Positions 1 to 8,657 of a stretch of DNA of 64,000 bases are shown piece by piece (position 1 is the stretch's first letter; each line of letters begins with the position of its first letter). Source of the DNA: Hyalangium minutum (GTDB lineage Bacteria > Myxococcota > Myxococcia > Myxococcales > Myxococcaceae); contig NZ_JMCB01000028.1 of the NCBI RefSeq assembly GCF_000737315.1, forward strand, positions 181,119-245,118, read 5' to 3'. The notes below the pieces were generated by a model. The model saw only the letters and a program-made list of their open reading frames with translations, did no database searches and was not told where the DNA came from. A program made the translations under genes and the position numbers.

Positions 1-2
1 CA

Positions 3-611
3 CCCGAGCGGATGCGCGACTACTCGCAGCAGCAGGAGAAGGAGCTCGGCGCGGAAGGAGAAAATCTCTCCGCTGTACTCTGGAAGCTGTGCTTCGAGGA
101 AGGCGCCCGTCAGGAGTGGGTGGACTGGCTGTCGGAGCTGTGCGCCCCGGAGCTCCAGGACCTCGACTTCATCTCAACAGAGCTGGGTGACGTCATGCTC
201 GTCCTCATCGAGAAGGACGGAACGCGTACCCCGGCCCGGAGCCTCTCCGATGGAACGCTGCGCTTCCTCGGCACCCTCGTCGCTCTGCGGACCGCGCCTC
301 CGGGCAGCATTCTCATGCTGGAGGAACCTGAAACGGGCCTGCATCCCCAGCGCATCCACCTGCTCGTCGAGGCCCTGGAGTCAGCGGCGCGTGAGCGCGG
401 CATCCAGGTCATCGCCACCACACACTCCCCCCAAGTCCTGCAGTCCTTGTCCCCCGAGGCGCTGAAGAACGCTGTCCTCTGCGCCCGCAGCCCAGACCAG
501 CCGGGCACGGTGCTCCGCCGGTTCGAGGACCTCCCCCACTTCACCGAGGTTTTGCCCCGCTCCAGCATCGACCGCCTCTTCTCGACGGGCTGGCTGGAGC
601 GTGCGCTGTGA
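3..611 (+). CDS. ABC/AAA_21-type ATPase, C-terminal part (5'-truncated by window edge)
   Basis: Signature-like LSDGT, Walker B/D-loop LMLEEPETGLHP and H-loop IATTHSP; frame is open back to nt 3; stop overlaps next start (GTGA 608-611). Confidence 0.85.
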   Translation, partial: PERMRDYSQQQEKELGAEGENLSAVLWKLCFEEGARQEWVDWLSELCAPELQDLDFISTELGDVMLVLIEKDGTRTPARSLSDGTLRFLGTLVALRTAPPGSILMLEEPETGLHPQRIHLLVEALESAARERGIQVIATTHSPQVLQSLSPEALKNAVLCARSPDQPGTVLRRFEDLPHFTEVLPRSSIDRLFSTGWLERAL

Positions 612-1174
612 AGGTCCTCGTCATCCCCGAGGACCCCACGCTCGATCAGTACATCCTCAAGCCCATCGCCGAGGCACTCTTCCGGGACCTCGGGCGCAAG
701 GCACGCATCGACGTGCTCCAGGATCCGCATCTCTCGGGCGTTGACGAGGCGCTTTCCCAGAAGGTTCTCGCGGACATTGTCACCGAGAACCCCATGGTGG
801 ATCTCTTCCTCGTGATGGTGGATCGGGACTGCAACCGCATGAAGAATGTGGAGTGCGCAGCAGAGCGTGAGGCTGAGCACCCACGTCGGCTCGTGGCATG
901 CCTGGCGGTCGAGGAGGTTGAGGTGTGGATGCTCGCGCTCCACCGCGAGGAGCTGAGTGGCCGATGGCCCGAGGTCCGCTCCGACTGTGACCCCAAGGAG
1001 CGCTACGCCGAACCCTTCCTACGGGAGAAGGGCTGGCTGACGGAGGTGGGCAAGGGACGCAAGCACGCCATGCGCGAGTTGCCCACGCGCTGGTCGTCGC
1101 TGCTCTCGGTCTGTCCGGAACTGGCGGAGCTTCGCGATCGGCTGCAAAGCCTGCTGGCAGCCTCTTCCAGTTAA
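608..1174 (+). CDS. TOPRIM-like (DUF4276/RloB-like) protein coupled to the ATPase
   Basis: N-terminal strand ending IPED, DxD motif (VMVDRD), EEVEVWMLA motif; translational coupling to ATPase. Confidence 0.6.
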   Translation: MKVLVIPEDPTLDQYILKPIAEALFRDLGRKARIDVLQDPHLSGVDEALSQKVLADIVTENPMVDLFLVMVDRDCNRMKNVECAAEREAEHPRRLVACLAVEEVEVWMLALHREELSGRWPEVRSDCDPKERYAEPFLREKGWLTEVGKGRKHAMRELPTRWSSLLSVCPELAELRDRLQSLLAASSS

Positions 1175-1977
1175 GAACCGCTCCCCGTCGTGGGCTCCAC
1201 CTTCGCCGAGAAGCGGCTGAGCGGGAACGTGGCCACGAGCATGAGCACCATGGCCCCCACGCTCAGCCAGCCGAACCACTCCGGCTGAGGCAGCTCGGTG
1301 AGCCGCACCATGCCTCCCTGCTGGGGGTCAAAGCCGCTGCGCACGCGGTACATGACGTTGCCGCCCCAGTGCAGACCGATGGACAGCCACAGCGAGCCCG
1401 TGCGAGCCAAGGCCAGCGCGAAGGCAAGACCCAGCGCGGCCCACAGGGCGCAGTTGAGCAACGTCATCTGCGCGTAGACGGCGTGGTTGAGGATGTAGAG
1501 CACCGTTGTCACGAAAATGAGTGCTCTCGAGGGTAGGAGCGGCGACAGGTGCCGGAAGACGTACCCGCGAATGAGCACGTCATCCATCGCTGAGGACAAG
1601 AACATCCCGACCAGCGCCTGTGCGAGCAGCACGGCCAAGGGCGCGAAGTCGATGAAGCCCTCGAAGCGGAAGCCTCCCAGCGCCCACTCCACGCCATACG
1701 CGAGCCCTTTGACCGCGAACCCGGCCGCGAAGCCCAGCGCGAGGTTGCGTCCCCAGCCCATGTGCCGGAAGAAGCCGTAGCCGCGCAACCCACCCGCTCC
1801 GGTGAGCCGTCCCCATGCGTGGGCGAGGAAGAAGAAGGAGACGCCCACCGCAACGAACATCCCCGGGCCTCCGCTCAACAGCACCGGCAGGTACGAGTAC
1901 ACATCGAGCAGGACGAACCCCACTCCTGCGACGAGCAGCACCTTCCAAGTGGGAGACTTCGCGGCGAAGGGGTCCAT
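1171..1977 (-). CDS. CPBP (CAAX/Abi) family intramembrane protease-like protein
   Basis: Multiple TM helices; motifs MDDVLIRG (EExxxR-like), YILNH, LHWGGN; start ambiguous (ORF open to 2037). Confidence 0.75.
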   Translation of the reverse strand: MDPFAAKSPTWKVLLVAGVGFVLLDVYSYLPVLLSGGPGMFVAVGVSFFFLAHAWGRLTGAGGLRGYGFFRHMGWGRNLALGFAAGFAVKGLAYGVEWALGGFRFEGFIDFAPLAVLLAQALVGMFLSSAMDDVLIRGYVFRHLSPLLPSRALIFVTTVLYILNHAVYAQMTLLNCALWAALGLAFALALARTGSLWLSIGLHWGGNVMYRVRSGFDPQQGGMVRLTELPQPEWFGWLSVGAMVLMLVATFPLSRFSAKVEPTTGSGS

Positions 1978-2114
1978 GGAGCAGGTGCGCCTCATATCCC
2001 AATCCCCGCGAGGCAGCGGCACCGGGGACTCTTTCACCCGGAGGACACTCGCTCCTCAATAACGGAGCGAGGCCTCACACGGACTGCGAGCATGGCTCCT
2101 CCCTCAAGGACCCG

Positions 2115-3800
2115 ATGCCCAGCCCCCACCTCCCAGAGCTCTCCCGCCCCCCGGCCCGCTGGCGCCGTCCCCTCCTCTGGACCCTAGGGGCCGTGCTCGT
2201 CCTGGAGGTGCTCTACAACGCCGTGCTCCTCACGGGCCTGCTGGCCACGGTGATCAACCACTTCACCCACGGACGCCCCAAGGTGGAGTGGAGCCGGGCC
2301 TGGAGCCTGGTGCCCGGCCGTGTCCATGTCCGGGACCTGAAGGTGGGCCAGCAGTCCGAGAACGGCATCTCCTGGCAGCTGGCGATGGATGACGTGCGGG
2401 TGAACCTGTCCGTGATCTCCCTGTTCAATCGGACGCTGAGCGCCGATTCGTTGGACGTTCGCGGGCTGAGCGTCCAGGTCCACTCGGGCCCCGAGAAGAC
2501 GGAGGGCGACAAGCCCAAGGGTCCACCTCCCGAAAATCCCTGGAAGCTGTTCCTGCATGGCATCCACGTCCAGCAGGTCCACGAGGTGGCCGTGAAGGCC
2601 GTGCGGCTCACGGGGATCACCACGGCCTCCGGGAGCCTGGAGGTGGTACCCGGGCACCGCGTCTCCGTCCGGGACGCGAAGGTGCACCTTGGCCCCGGCG
2701 AGCTGGCCTACGCGGACGCCAAGATCGCGAACATCGACCAGGGCTCGGGAGAGTTCAGCCTCGAGACCCAGCGCAAGGATGCGGAGCATGGGCTCGACCT
2801 CATCACCGGCCTGACAGGAGGCCGACTCCAGTTCACTGCCACCCACCCCACCTTCCAGGAGCTGTCCTCGCTCACCTCTCGGCTCGCGGGCATCTCGTTG
2901 AAGGGCGGCGCGGGGAAGTTGGAGGTGGACCTCCACGTGAAGGAAGGCCGGCTCGCCAAGGGCACGGTGATCAAAGGCTCGGCGGAGCCGCTCCTGTTCT
3001 CGCTCGGTGCCCTGCGGCTGAAAGCGCCCTGGCAGTTCTACTCGGACGTGTACACCCACGAAGACGGCAAGGACCGGTTCGGGCTCAAGCTCACGCTGGG
3101 ACCCGCGCGCGTAGACGGAGTCGAGGGGCTGGCCATGGAGGCGCCCGAACTGCTCCTGCTGCTGGGAGCGGACACGCCTCGCCTCGATGAACTCCCCGCG
3201 GATGCCCACCTCGAGTTCCAGGCGAAGGCTCTGCAGACCACCTGGGGTGGCGCGAAGATGAAAGGGCATGTCCACGTGACAGCCGACGCGCGGAAGCTCT
3301 CTCTTCAAAGTGGGAAGGTGGCGCTGCACGGAAGCCAGGTCCAGCTGCAAGAGGTCTCCGTGCGGACCGGCTCGGACGAGGAGCGTAACTGGGAGGGCAC
3401 GCTGACCTTCCCGGAGGCCACGCTCGACCTGTCTCCTCTTTCAGCGCAGGGACGCTTCTCGGGGAAATTCTCCAACGCCGCGCCGTTCGTAGCCCTCCTC
3501 ACCTACAAAGGGGCGCTGCCCGGGGTGCTGAAGCCGCTGCTCACCGCCAACAACCTGGGCCTGTCCGGTCAGGTAGCCCTGGGAGAGAAGGGCCTCAAGG
3601 TGGACAAGTTGCTGGCCAACGGCCAAGGGATCCTGCTGCACGGATTGGCGGAGAGCACCGGGGCCGCTCCCCATGCCATCTTCTTGGTGAAGATGGGGCC
3701 ACTCTCCGTGGGAGTGGAGACAGGGGCCGGAGACACGCACGTCCAGGTCTTCAACGCGTCGAGCTGGTTCCGAGAGAAGACGGGCATCTCGAAGGAGTGA
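2115..3800 (+). CDS. AsmA/DUF748-like membrane-anchored beta-rich protein
   Basis: Single N-terminal TM (RRPLLWTLGAVLVLEVLYNAVLL) then ~500 aa Gly/Leu/Val-rich beta-strand sequence; ATG 2115 chosen within ORF 1815..3800. Confidence 0.55.
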   Translation: MPSPHLPELSRPPARWRRPLLWTLGAVLVLEVLYNAVLLTGLLATVINHFTHGRPKVEWSRAWSLVPGRVHVRDLKVGQQSENGISWQLAMDDVRVNLSVISLFNRTLSADSLDVRGLSVQVHSGPEKTEGDKPKGPPPENPWKLFLHGIHVQQVHEVAVKAVRLTGITTASGSLEVVPGHRVSVRDAKVHLGPGELAYADAKIANIDQGSGEFSLETQRKDAEHGLDLITGLTGGRLQFTATHPTFQELSSLTSRLAGISLKGGAGKLEVDLHVKEGRLAKGTVIKGSAEPLLFSLGALRLKAPWQFYSDVYTHEDGKDRFGLKLTLGPARVDGVEGLAMEAPELLLLLGADTPRLDELPADAHLEFQAKALQTTWGGAKMKGHVHVTADARKLSLQSGKVALHGSQVQLQEVSVRTGSDEERNWEGTLTFPEATLDLSPLSAQGRFSGKFSNAAPFVALLTYKGALPGVLKPLLTANNLGLSGQVALGEKGLKVDKLLANGQGILLHGLAESTGAAPHAIFLVKMGPLSVGVETGAGDTHVQVFNASSWFREKTGISKE

Positions 3801-3880
3801 GCCCACGAAGCTCCCACCCGTGAACTCCCGGGGTCAGTGCCTCCACGTCCGCGCTGATATGCTTTGGCCACGCGGGGCTG

Positions 3881-3955
3881 ATAACGCCATGCGCCGATAA
3901 CGCTTTGCGTCGTCTCTCCACAGCGATAACGCCTTGCATCAATTAACGCCTTGCG
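3881..3955 (+). repeat. Four direct repeats, consensus (A/T)TAACGC(C/T)(A/T)TGC(G/A), upstream of ABC operon
   Basis: ATAACGCCATGCG 3881, ATAACGCTTTGCG 3897, ATAACGCCTTGCA 3926, TTAACGCCTTGCG 3943. Confidence 0.85.
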
Positions 3956-3970
3956 TCGAAGAACTAATTT

Positions 3971-3986
3971 TTGAGAGCGCTTTCAA
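3971..3986. promoter_or_regulatory. LacI/GalR-type operator palindrome
   Basis: TTGAGAGCGCTTTCAA, ~48 nt upstream of ATG 4034; central GCGC typical of LacI-family sites; recurs at 13458, 13625, 24826, 25005. Confidence 0.75.
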
Positions 3987-4033
3987 GCCTTGCAGTGAAT
4001 GGCGTATACGAGGCGCTCCTAACGGAGGGATTC

Positions 4034-5734
4034 ATGTCGCGCAGACTGCTGATGCTGTGTCTGTCTCTGATGTCGTTGGGAGGCCTCGCTCACTGTTCAA
4101 AGAGCCCCCAGGAGAGCGCGCAGCCTGCTCCGGCGGCTCCCACCACAGCCGCGGCCCCCGTGAAGGCCACGGCGATGACGGTCATCCAGGAGCAGCAGGC
4201 CTCGTGGATCCGCAACTTCAATCCCCTGATTGCTCCGGGCACCGCGCGCTGGCCCACGCGCGCGGGCGTCTACGAGCCGCTGATGGTCTACAACACGCTC
4301 AAGGGCGAGTTCGTGCCCTGGCTGGCCACCAAGAGCGAGTGGAGCCCGGACAACAAGAAGCTCACGCTGACCCTGCGCTCCGGCGTGAAGTGGTCGGACG
4401 GCCAGCCGTTCACGGCCAAGGACGTCGCCTTCACCTTCGAGCTCCTCAAGAAGCACAAGGCCTTGGACTTCCCGGCGGTGTGGAGCTTCCTGGAGGGAGT
4501 CCAGGCCAAGGACGACACGACGGTCGAGTTCAGCCTGACGCGTCCCTACGTGCCCGGCCTCGTCTACATCGTCCACCAGCCCATCGTGCCGGAGCACAAG
4601 TGGAAGGACGTCCAGGACCCGGTCACCTACACGAACGAGACGCCCGTGGCGACGGGCCCGTTCACCGAGGTGAAGGTGTTCCAGAACCAGATCTTCGAGC
4701 TGGGGCGCAACCCGCACTACTGGCAGCAGGGCAAGCCCGCCGTGGAGAGCCTGCGCTTCCCGGCCTACCCCGGCAATGATCAGGCCAACCTCGCGCTGCT
4801 CACCGGCGAGCTGGACTGGGCCGGCAGCTTCGTGCCCGACATCGAGCGCGTCTTCGTGGCCAAGGACAAGGAGAACAACCACTACTGGTTCCCGCTCGTC
4901 GGCAACACGACGACGCTCTACGTGAACACCGCCAAGAAGCCCTTCGACGACGTGCGCGTGCGCAAGGCCATCAGCATGGCCATCGACCGCGATCAGATCG
5001 TCAAGGTGGCCATGTATGGCTACACGCGGCCCTCGGACGCCACGGCGCTCAGCGACGCGCACGACCGCTGGCGCAGCCCCGAGGCCGTGGCCGCGGGTGA
5101 CTGGACCAAGTTCGATCAGGCCAAAGCCAACGCCCTGCTGGACGAGGCGGGCCTGAAGCGCGGCGAGAACGGCATGCGCACCCTGCCGGACAAGACGCCC
5201 ATGAAGTTCGACATCAACGTCGTCACCGGCTGGTCGGACTGGGTGCGCGCCGTGCAGCTCATCGCCCAGAACCTCAAGCAGGTGGGCATCGACGCCAGCC
5301 TGAAGACCTACGACTTCAGCCCCTACTTCGAGCGGATCCAGAAGGGCGAGTACGACATCAGCATCGGCTGGACGTCGGACGAGCCGACGCCGTACCACGT
5401 CTACCGCGACCTGATGGGGACCGAGACGCTCCGCCCGATCGGCGTGGTCTCCGCGCGCAACTGGAACCGCTTCGGCAGCAAGGAGGCCGATGGGCTGCTG
5501 CACGCCTTCGAGGCCACGAATGACCCCGCGGAGCAGAAGAAGATCGCCGGGCAGCTGCAGATGTTCTTCGTGCAGAACGCGCCGGCCATCCCGCTGTTCC
5601 CCGGCCCGTCCTGGGGCGAGTACAGCACGCGCCGCTTCACGAACTTCCCGAACAAGGACAACCCCTACGCGAAGCTCACGCCGAACAGCCCGCCCGAGAA
5701 CCTGTTCGTCCTGGTCGAAGTGAAGCCCAAGTAA
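4034..5734 (+). CDS. ABC transporter substrate-binding lipoprotein, family 5 (Opp/Dpp-type; probably beta-gluco-oligosaccharides)
   Basis: RBS GGAGG at 4024; lipobox LAHC; LRSGVKWSDGQPFTAKDVAFTF family-5 motif, PVATGPF; context of glucosidases. Confidence 0.9.
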   Translation: MSRRLLMLCLSLMSLGGLAHCSKSPQESAQPAPAAPTTAAAPVKATAMTVIQEQQASWIRNFNPLIAPGTARWPTRAGVYEPLMVYNTLKGEFVPWLATKSEWSPDNKKLTLTLRSGVKWSDGQPFTAKDVAFTFELLKKHKALDFPAVWSFLEGVQAKDDTTVEFSLTRPYVPGLVYIVHQPIVPEHKWKDVQDPVTYTNETPVATGPFTEVKVFQNQIFELGRNPHYWQQGKPAVESLRFPAYPGNDQANLALLTGELDWAGSFVPDIERVFVAKDKENNHYWFPLVGNTTTLYVNTAKKPFDDVRVRKAISMAIDRDQIVKVAMYGYTRPSDATALSDAHDRWRSPEAVAAGDWTKFDQAKANALLDEAGLKRGENGMRTLPDKTPMKFDINVVTGWSDWVRAVQLIAQNLKQVGIDASLKTYDFSPYFERIQKGEYDISIGWTSDEPTPYHVYRDLMGTETLRPIGVVSARNWNRFGSKEADGLLHAFEATNDPAEQKKIAGQLQMFFVQNAPAIPLFPGPSWGEYSTRRFTNFPNKDNPYAKLTPNSPPENLFVLVEVKPK

Positions 5735-5749
5735 AGGCCCTCCGCTCCC

Positions 5750-6727
5750 GTGCGACACCTCCTGCGCAACCTGGGCCTGTACGCGGTGGCGGCGTGGGCC
5801 TCGCTCACGCTGAACTTCCTGATTCCCCGGCTCATGCCGGGGGATCCCGCCTCGATCATGTTCGCGCGCTTCGCGGGCCAGCTTCAGCCCGAGGCGATCG
5901 ACGCCCTGCGCATCGCGTTCGGCTTCACGAACGAGCCGCTCTACCTGCAGTACTTCACCTACGTGGGGCACCTGTTCCAGGGGGAGCTGGGACTCTCCGT
6001 GGCGTACTTCCCCGCGAAGGTGACGGATGTGATCGCCACGGGCCTGGGCTGGACCATGCTCCTGGCTGGGGCCGCGGTGGTCATCAGCTTCGTGCTGGGC
6101 ACGGGGCTCGGCGTGGTCGCCACGTGGAGGCGTGGCGGCTGGCTGGACTCGGTGATGCCCCCGGTGCTGGTCTTCCTGGGGGCGTTTCCCTACTTCTGGC
6201 TGGCGATGGTGCTGCTCTACGTGCTCGGGTTCGTGCTCGGCGCCTTCCCGCTGCGGCATGCCTACAGCGACATGCTCGCGCCCGCGTTCAGCGGTGAGTT
6301 CCTCCTCAGCGTGCTCCATCACCTGGTGCTACCGGCGTCAGCCATCGTGATCGCGACGCTCGGCGGCTGGATGCTCAGCATGCGCAGCACGATGGTGGGC
6401 ATCCTCGCCGAGGACTACATCACCATGGCGAACGCCAAGGGCCTGTCCCAGAAGCGCATCATGTTCCACTACGCCGCCCGCAATGCCCTGCTGCCGAACA
6501 TCACGGGCTTCGGGATGGCGCTGGGGTTCGTCCTCTCGGGCTCCCTGCTGACCGAGATCGTCTTCTCCTACCCGGGCCAGGGCTACCTGCTCATTCAGGC
6601 GGTGCGCAATCAGGACTACCCGCTCATGCAGGGCATCTTCCTGACCATCACGTTGGCCGTGCTGGCCGCGAACCTGCTCGTGGACATCCTTTACGTGTGG
6701 CTCGACCCCCGGACGCGCGCGCGCTGA
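5750..6727 (+). CDS. ABC transporter permease (OppB/DppB-like)
   Basis: RLMPGDP, EDYITMANAKGLS (EAA loop), NQDYPLMQG, DPR terminus. Confidence 0.92.
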   Translation: MRHLLRNLGLYAVAAWASLTLNFLIPRLMPGDPASIMFARFAGQLQPEAIDALRIAFGFTNEPLYLQYFTYVGHLFQGELGLSVAYFPAKVTDVIATGLGWTMLLAGAAVVISFVLGTGLGVVATWRRGGWLDSVMPPVLVFLGAFPYFWLAMVLLYVLGFVLGAFPLRHAYSDMLAPAFSGEFLLSVLHHLVLPASAIVIATLGGWMLSMRSTMVGILAEDYITMANAKGLSQKRIMFHYAARNALLPNITGFGMALGFVLSGSLLTEIVFSYPGQGYLLIQAVRNQDYPLMQGIFLTITLAVLAANLLVDILYVWLDPRTRAR

Positions 6728-6751
6728 CGGGTAGGAAGGAAGGCGCCTGGC

Positions 6752-7696
6752 ATGTCATTGACGACTCAGGCCAAGAAGCAGCGCGTGGGGTTCATCTGGC
6801 AGCTCCTCGATAACCGCAAGGCCTCGGCCGGAGCAGCGCTGCTGCTCTTCTTCGTGTTGATGGCGATCTGCGGGCCGTCGCTGGTGTCAGTGGACCCGGC
6901 CGCCTTCGTGGGCCCGCCGCACCAGCCGCCCTCATCCGAGTATCTCTTCGGCACCACCGGGCAGGGGCAAGACGTGCTCGCGCAGACGATCGCGGGGGCC
7001 CGCACATCACTCGTGGTGGGGTTCGTGACGGGCTTCGCCGTCATGGCGATTGGCGCGCTCGTGGGCATGGCCGCCGGCTTCTTGGGCGGCTGGGTCGACA
7101 GCCTCCTGTCGTTCATCACCAACGTGTTCCTCATCATCCCCGGGCTGCCCATGGCCGTGGTGATCGCCGCGTACCTCCACCCGGGACCGGTCACCATCGG
7201 CGTGGTGCTGGTCATCACCGGGTGGGCGTGGAACGCGCGCCTGCTGCGCGCGCAGATCCTCTCGCTGCGGGAGAAGGACTTCGTGCTGGCCTCCATCGTG
7301 AGCGGCGAGGGGCGCTTCCGGATCATCTTCCGGGAGATTCTCCCCAACATGACGTCGCTCCTGATGAGCGGCTTCATCTCCGCGACGGTCTACGCGATTG
7401 GCGCCCAGGTGGGGCTCGAATTCCTGGGCATTGGCGATGTCAGCGTGGTCACCTGGGGCACGAACCTGTACTGGGCCGCCAATGACGCGGCCCTGCTGAC
7501 GGGAGCGTGGTGGACCGTGGTCCCCACGGGCCTGTGCGTCGCGCTCATCGGGTTCTCGCTCGTGCTCATCAACTTCGCCATCGACGAGATCACCAATCCG
7601 AGGCTGCGATCGGAGCGGAGCTGGACGCGGCTCCTCAAGACCCATGACCTGGAGGGGGGCCTGACGACCCCCGTGGTGAGGAGCCATGGACATTAA
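6752..7696 (+). CDS. ABC transporter permease (OppC/DppC-like)
   Basis: PPSSEYLFGT..GQDV, EAA loop, ILPN, EFLGIG motifs. Confidence 0.92.
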   Translation: MSLTTQAKKQRVGFIWQLLDNRKASAGAALLLFFVLMAICGPSLVSVDPAAFVGPPHQPPSSEYLFGTTGQGQDVLAQTIAGARTSLVVGFVTGFAVMAIGALVGMAAGFLGGWVDSLLSFITNVFLIIPGLPMAVVIAAYLHPGPVTIGVVLVITGWAWNARLLRAQILSLREKDFVLASIVSGEGRFRIIFREILPNMTSLLMSGFISATVYAIGAQVGLEFLGIGDVSVVTWGTNLYWAANDAALLTGAWWTVVPTGLCVALIGFSLVLINFAIDEITNPRLRSERSWTRLLKTHDLEGGLTTPVVRSHGH

Positions 7697-8657
7697 GCCC
7701 AAGACGTTGCTCTCGGTGCGGGATCTCCGGGTCGAGTACCTGACGCCCACGGGCCCCGTGTGCGCCGTGGATGGCGTCTCGTTCGACATCGGCAAGGGCG
7801 AGGTGCTGGGGCTCGCCGGAGAGTCCGGCAGCGGCAAGTCGACCGTGGCCCAGGCCCTCCTCCGGATCCTCCGCCCGCCCGCGGTCATCACCGGCGGGCA
7901 GGTGCTCTTCGAGGGTGAGGACATCCTGGACATGAGCGAGGCGCGGCTGCGGGAGCTGCGCTGGCGCAAGGTGTCGCTCGTCTTCCAGAGCGCGATGAAC
8001 TCTCTCAACCCCATCCTCACGGTGGGGGAGCAGATCGTGGACGCCATCCTGGCGCACCAGCAAGTGAAGCGCTCCGAGGCCGTCGACCGGGCCGTCTCCC
8101 TGCTGAAGCTCGTGGGCATCGACAGCGCGCGGCTCACGAGCTACCCGCACCAGCTCTCGGGCGGCATGCGGCAGCGCGTGGTGATTGCCATCGCTCTGGC
8201 GCTCGAGCCGCCGCTGATGCTGATGGACGAGCCCACCACGGCCCTCGACGTGGTGGTGCAGAAGGAGATCCTCCACCAGGTCGCGGAGCTCAAGAACAAG
8301 CTGGGGTTCTCGATTCTCTTCATCACGCACGACCTGTCGCTGATCCTCGAGTTCTCCACGCGCATCGCGGTCCTCTACGCCGGCAAGCTCGTGGAGATGG
8401 CACCTTCCCGGCAGCTCTACGACTCGCCCCGCCACCCGTACACGCAGGGGCTGCTGGGCTCGGTGCCCTCGGTTCGAGGCCCGCGCCGGAAGCTCGTGGG
8501 CATTCCTGGCTCGCCCCCGGACATGCGCAAGCTGCCCGCGGGGTGCCGTTTCCATCCCCGGTGCCCTTCCGCCACGAGCCGCTGCAAGGAAGACGTGCCC
8601 CTGCTGCGTGAGCTGGGGCCTGGCCACATCGAAGCCTGTCACCTGAACTCCCCATGA
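7686..8657 (+). CDS. ABC transporter ATP-binding protein (OppD/DppD-like)
   Basis: GESGSGKS, LSGGMRQR, LMDEPTTALD, C-terminal HPYT and Cys-rich CRFHPRC tail. Confidence 0.95.
   Translation: MDIKPKTLLSVRDLRVEYLTPTGPVCAVDGVSFDIGKGEVLGLAGESGSGKSTVAQALLRILRPPAVITGGQVLFEGEDILDMSEARLRELRWRKVSLVFQSAMNSLNPILTVGEQIVDAILAHQQVKRSEAVDRAVSLLKLVGIDSARLTSYPHQLSGGMRQRVVIAIALALEPPLMLMDEPTTALDVVVQKEILHQVAELKNKLGFSILFITHDLSLILEFSTRIAVLYAGKLVEMAPSRQLYDSPRHPYTQGLLGSVPSVRGPRRKLVGIPGSPPDMRKLPAGCRFHPRCPSATSRCKEDVPLLRELGPGHIEACHLNSP

Noticed and set aside
3881-3955. Possible mini-CRISPR array
   Set aside because: Repeats are 13 bp with gaps of 3-16 nt and there are no cas genes; better explained as protein-binding sites
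4000-4014. Sigma54-like GG-N10-GC (TGGCGTATACGAGGC) upstream of the ABC operon
   Set aside because: Poor -12 element and the implied start would fall inside the RBS; a sigma70-like TTCAAG-N17-TATACG is as plausible but also unproven
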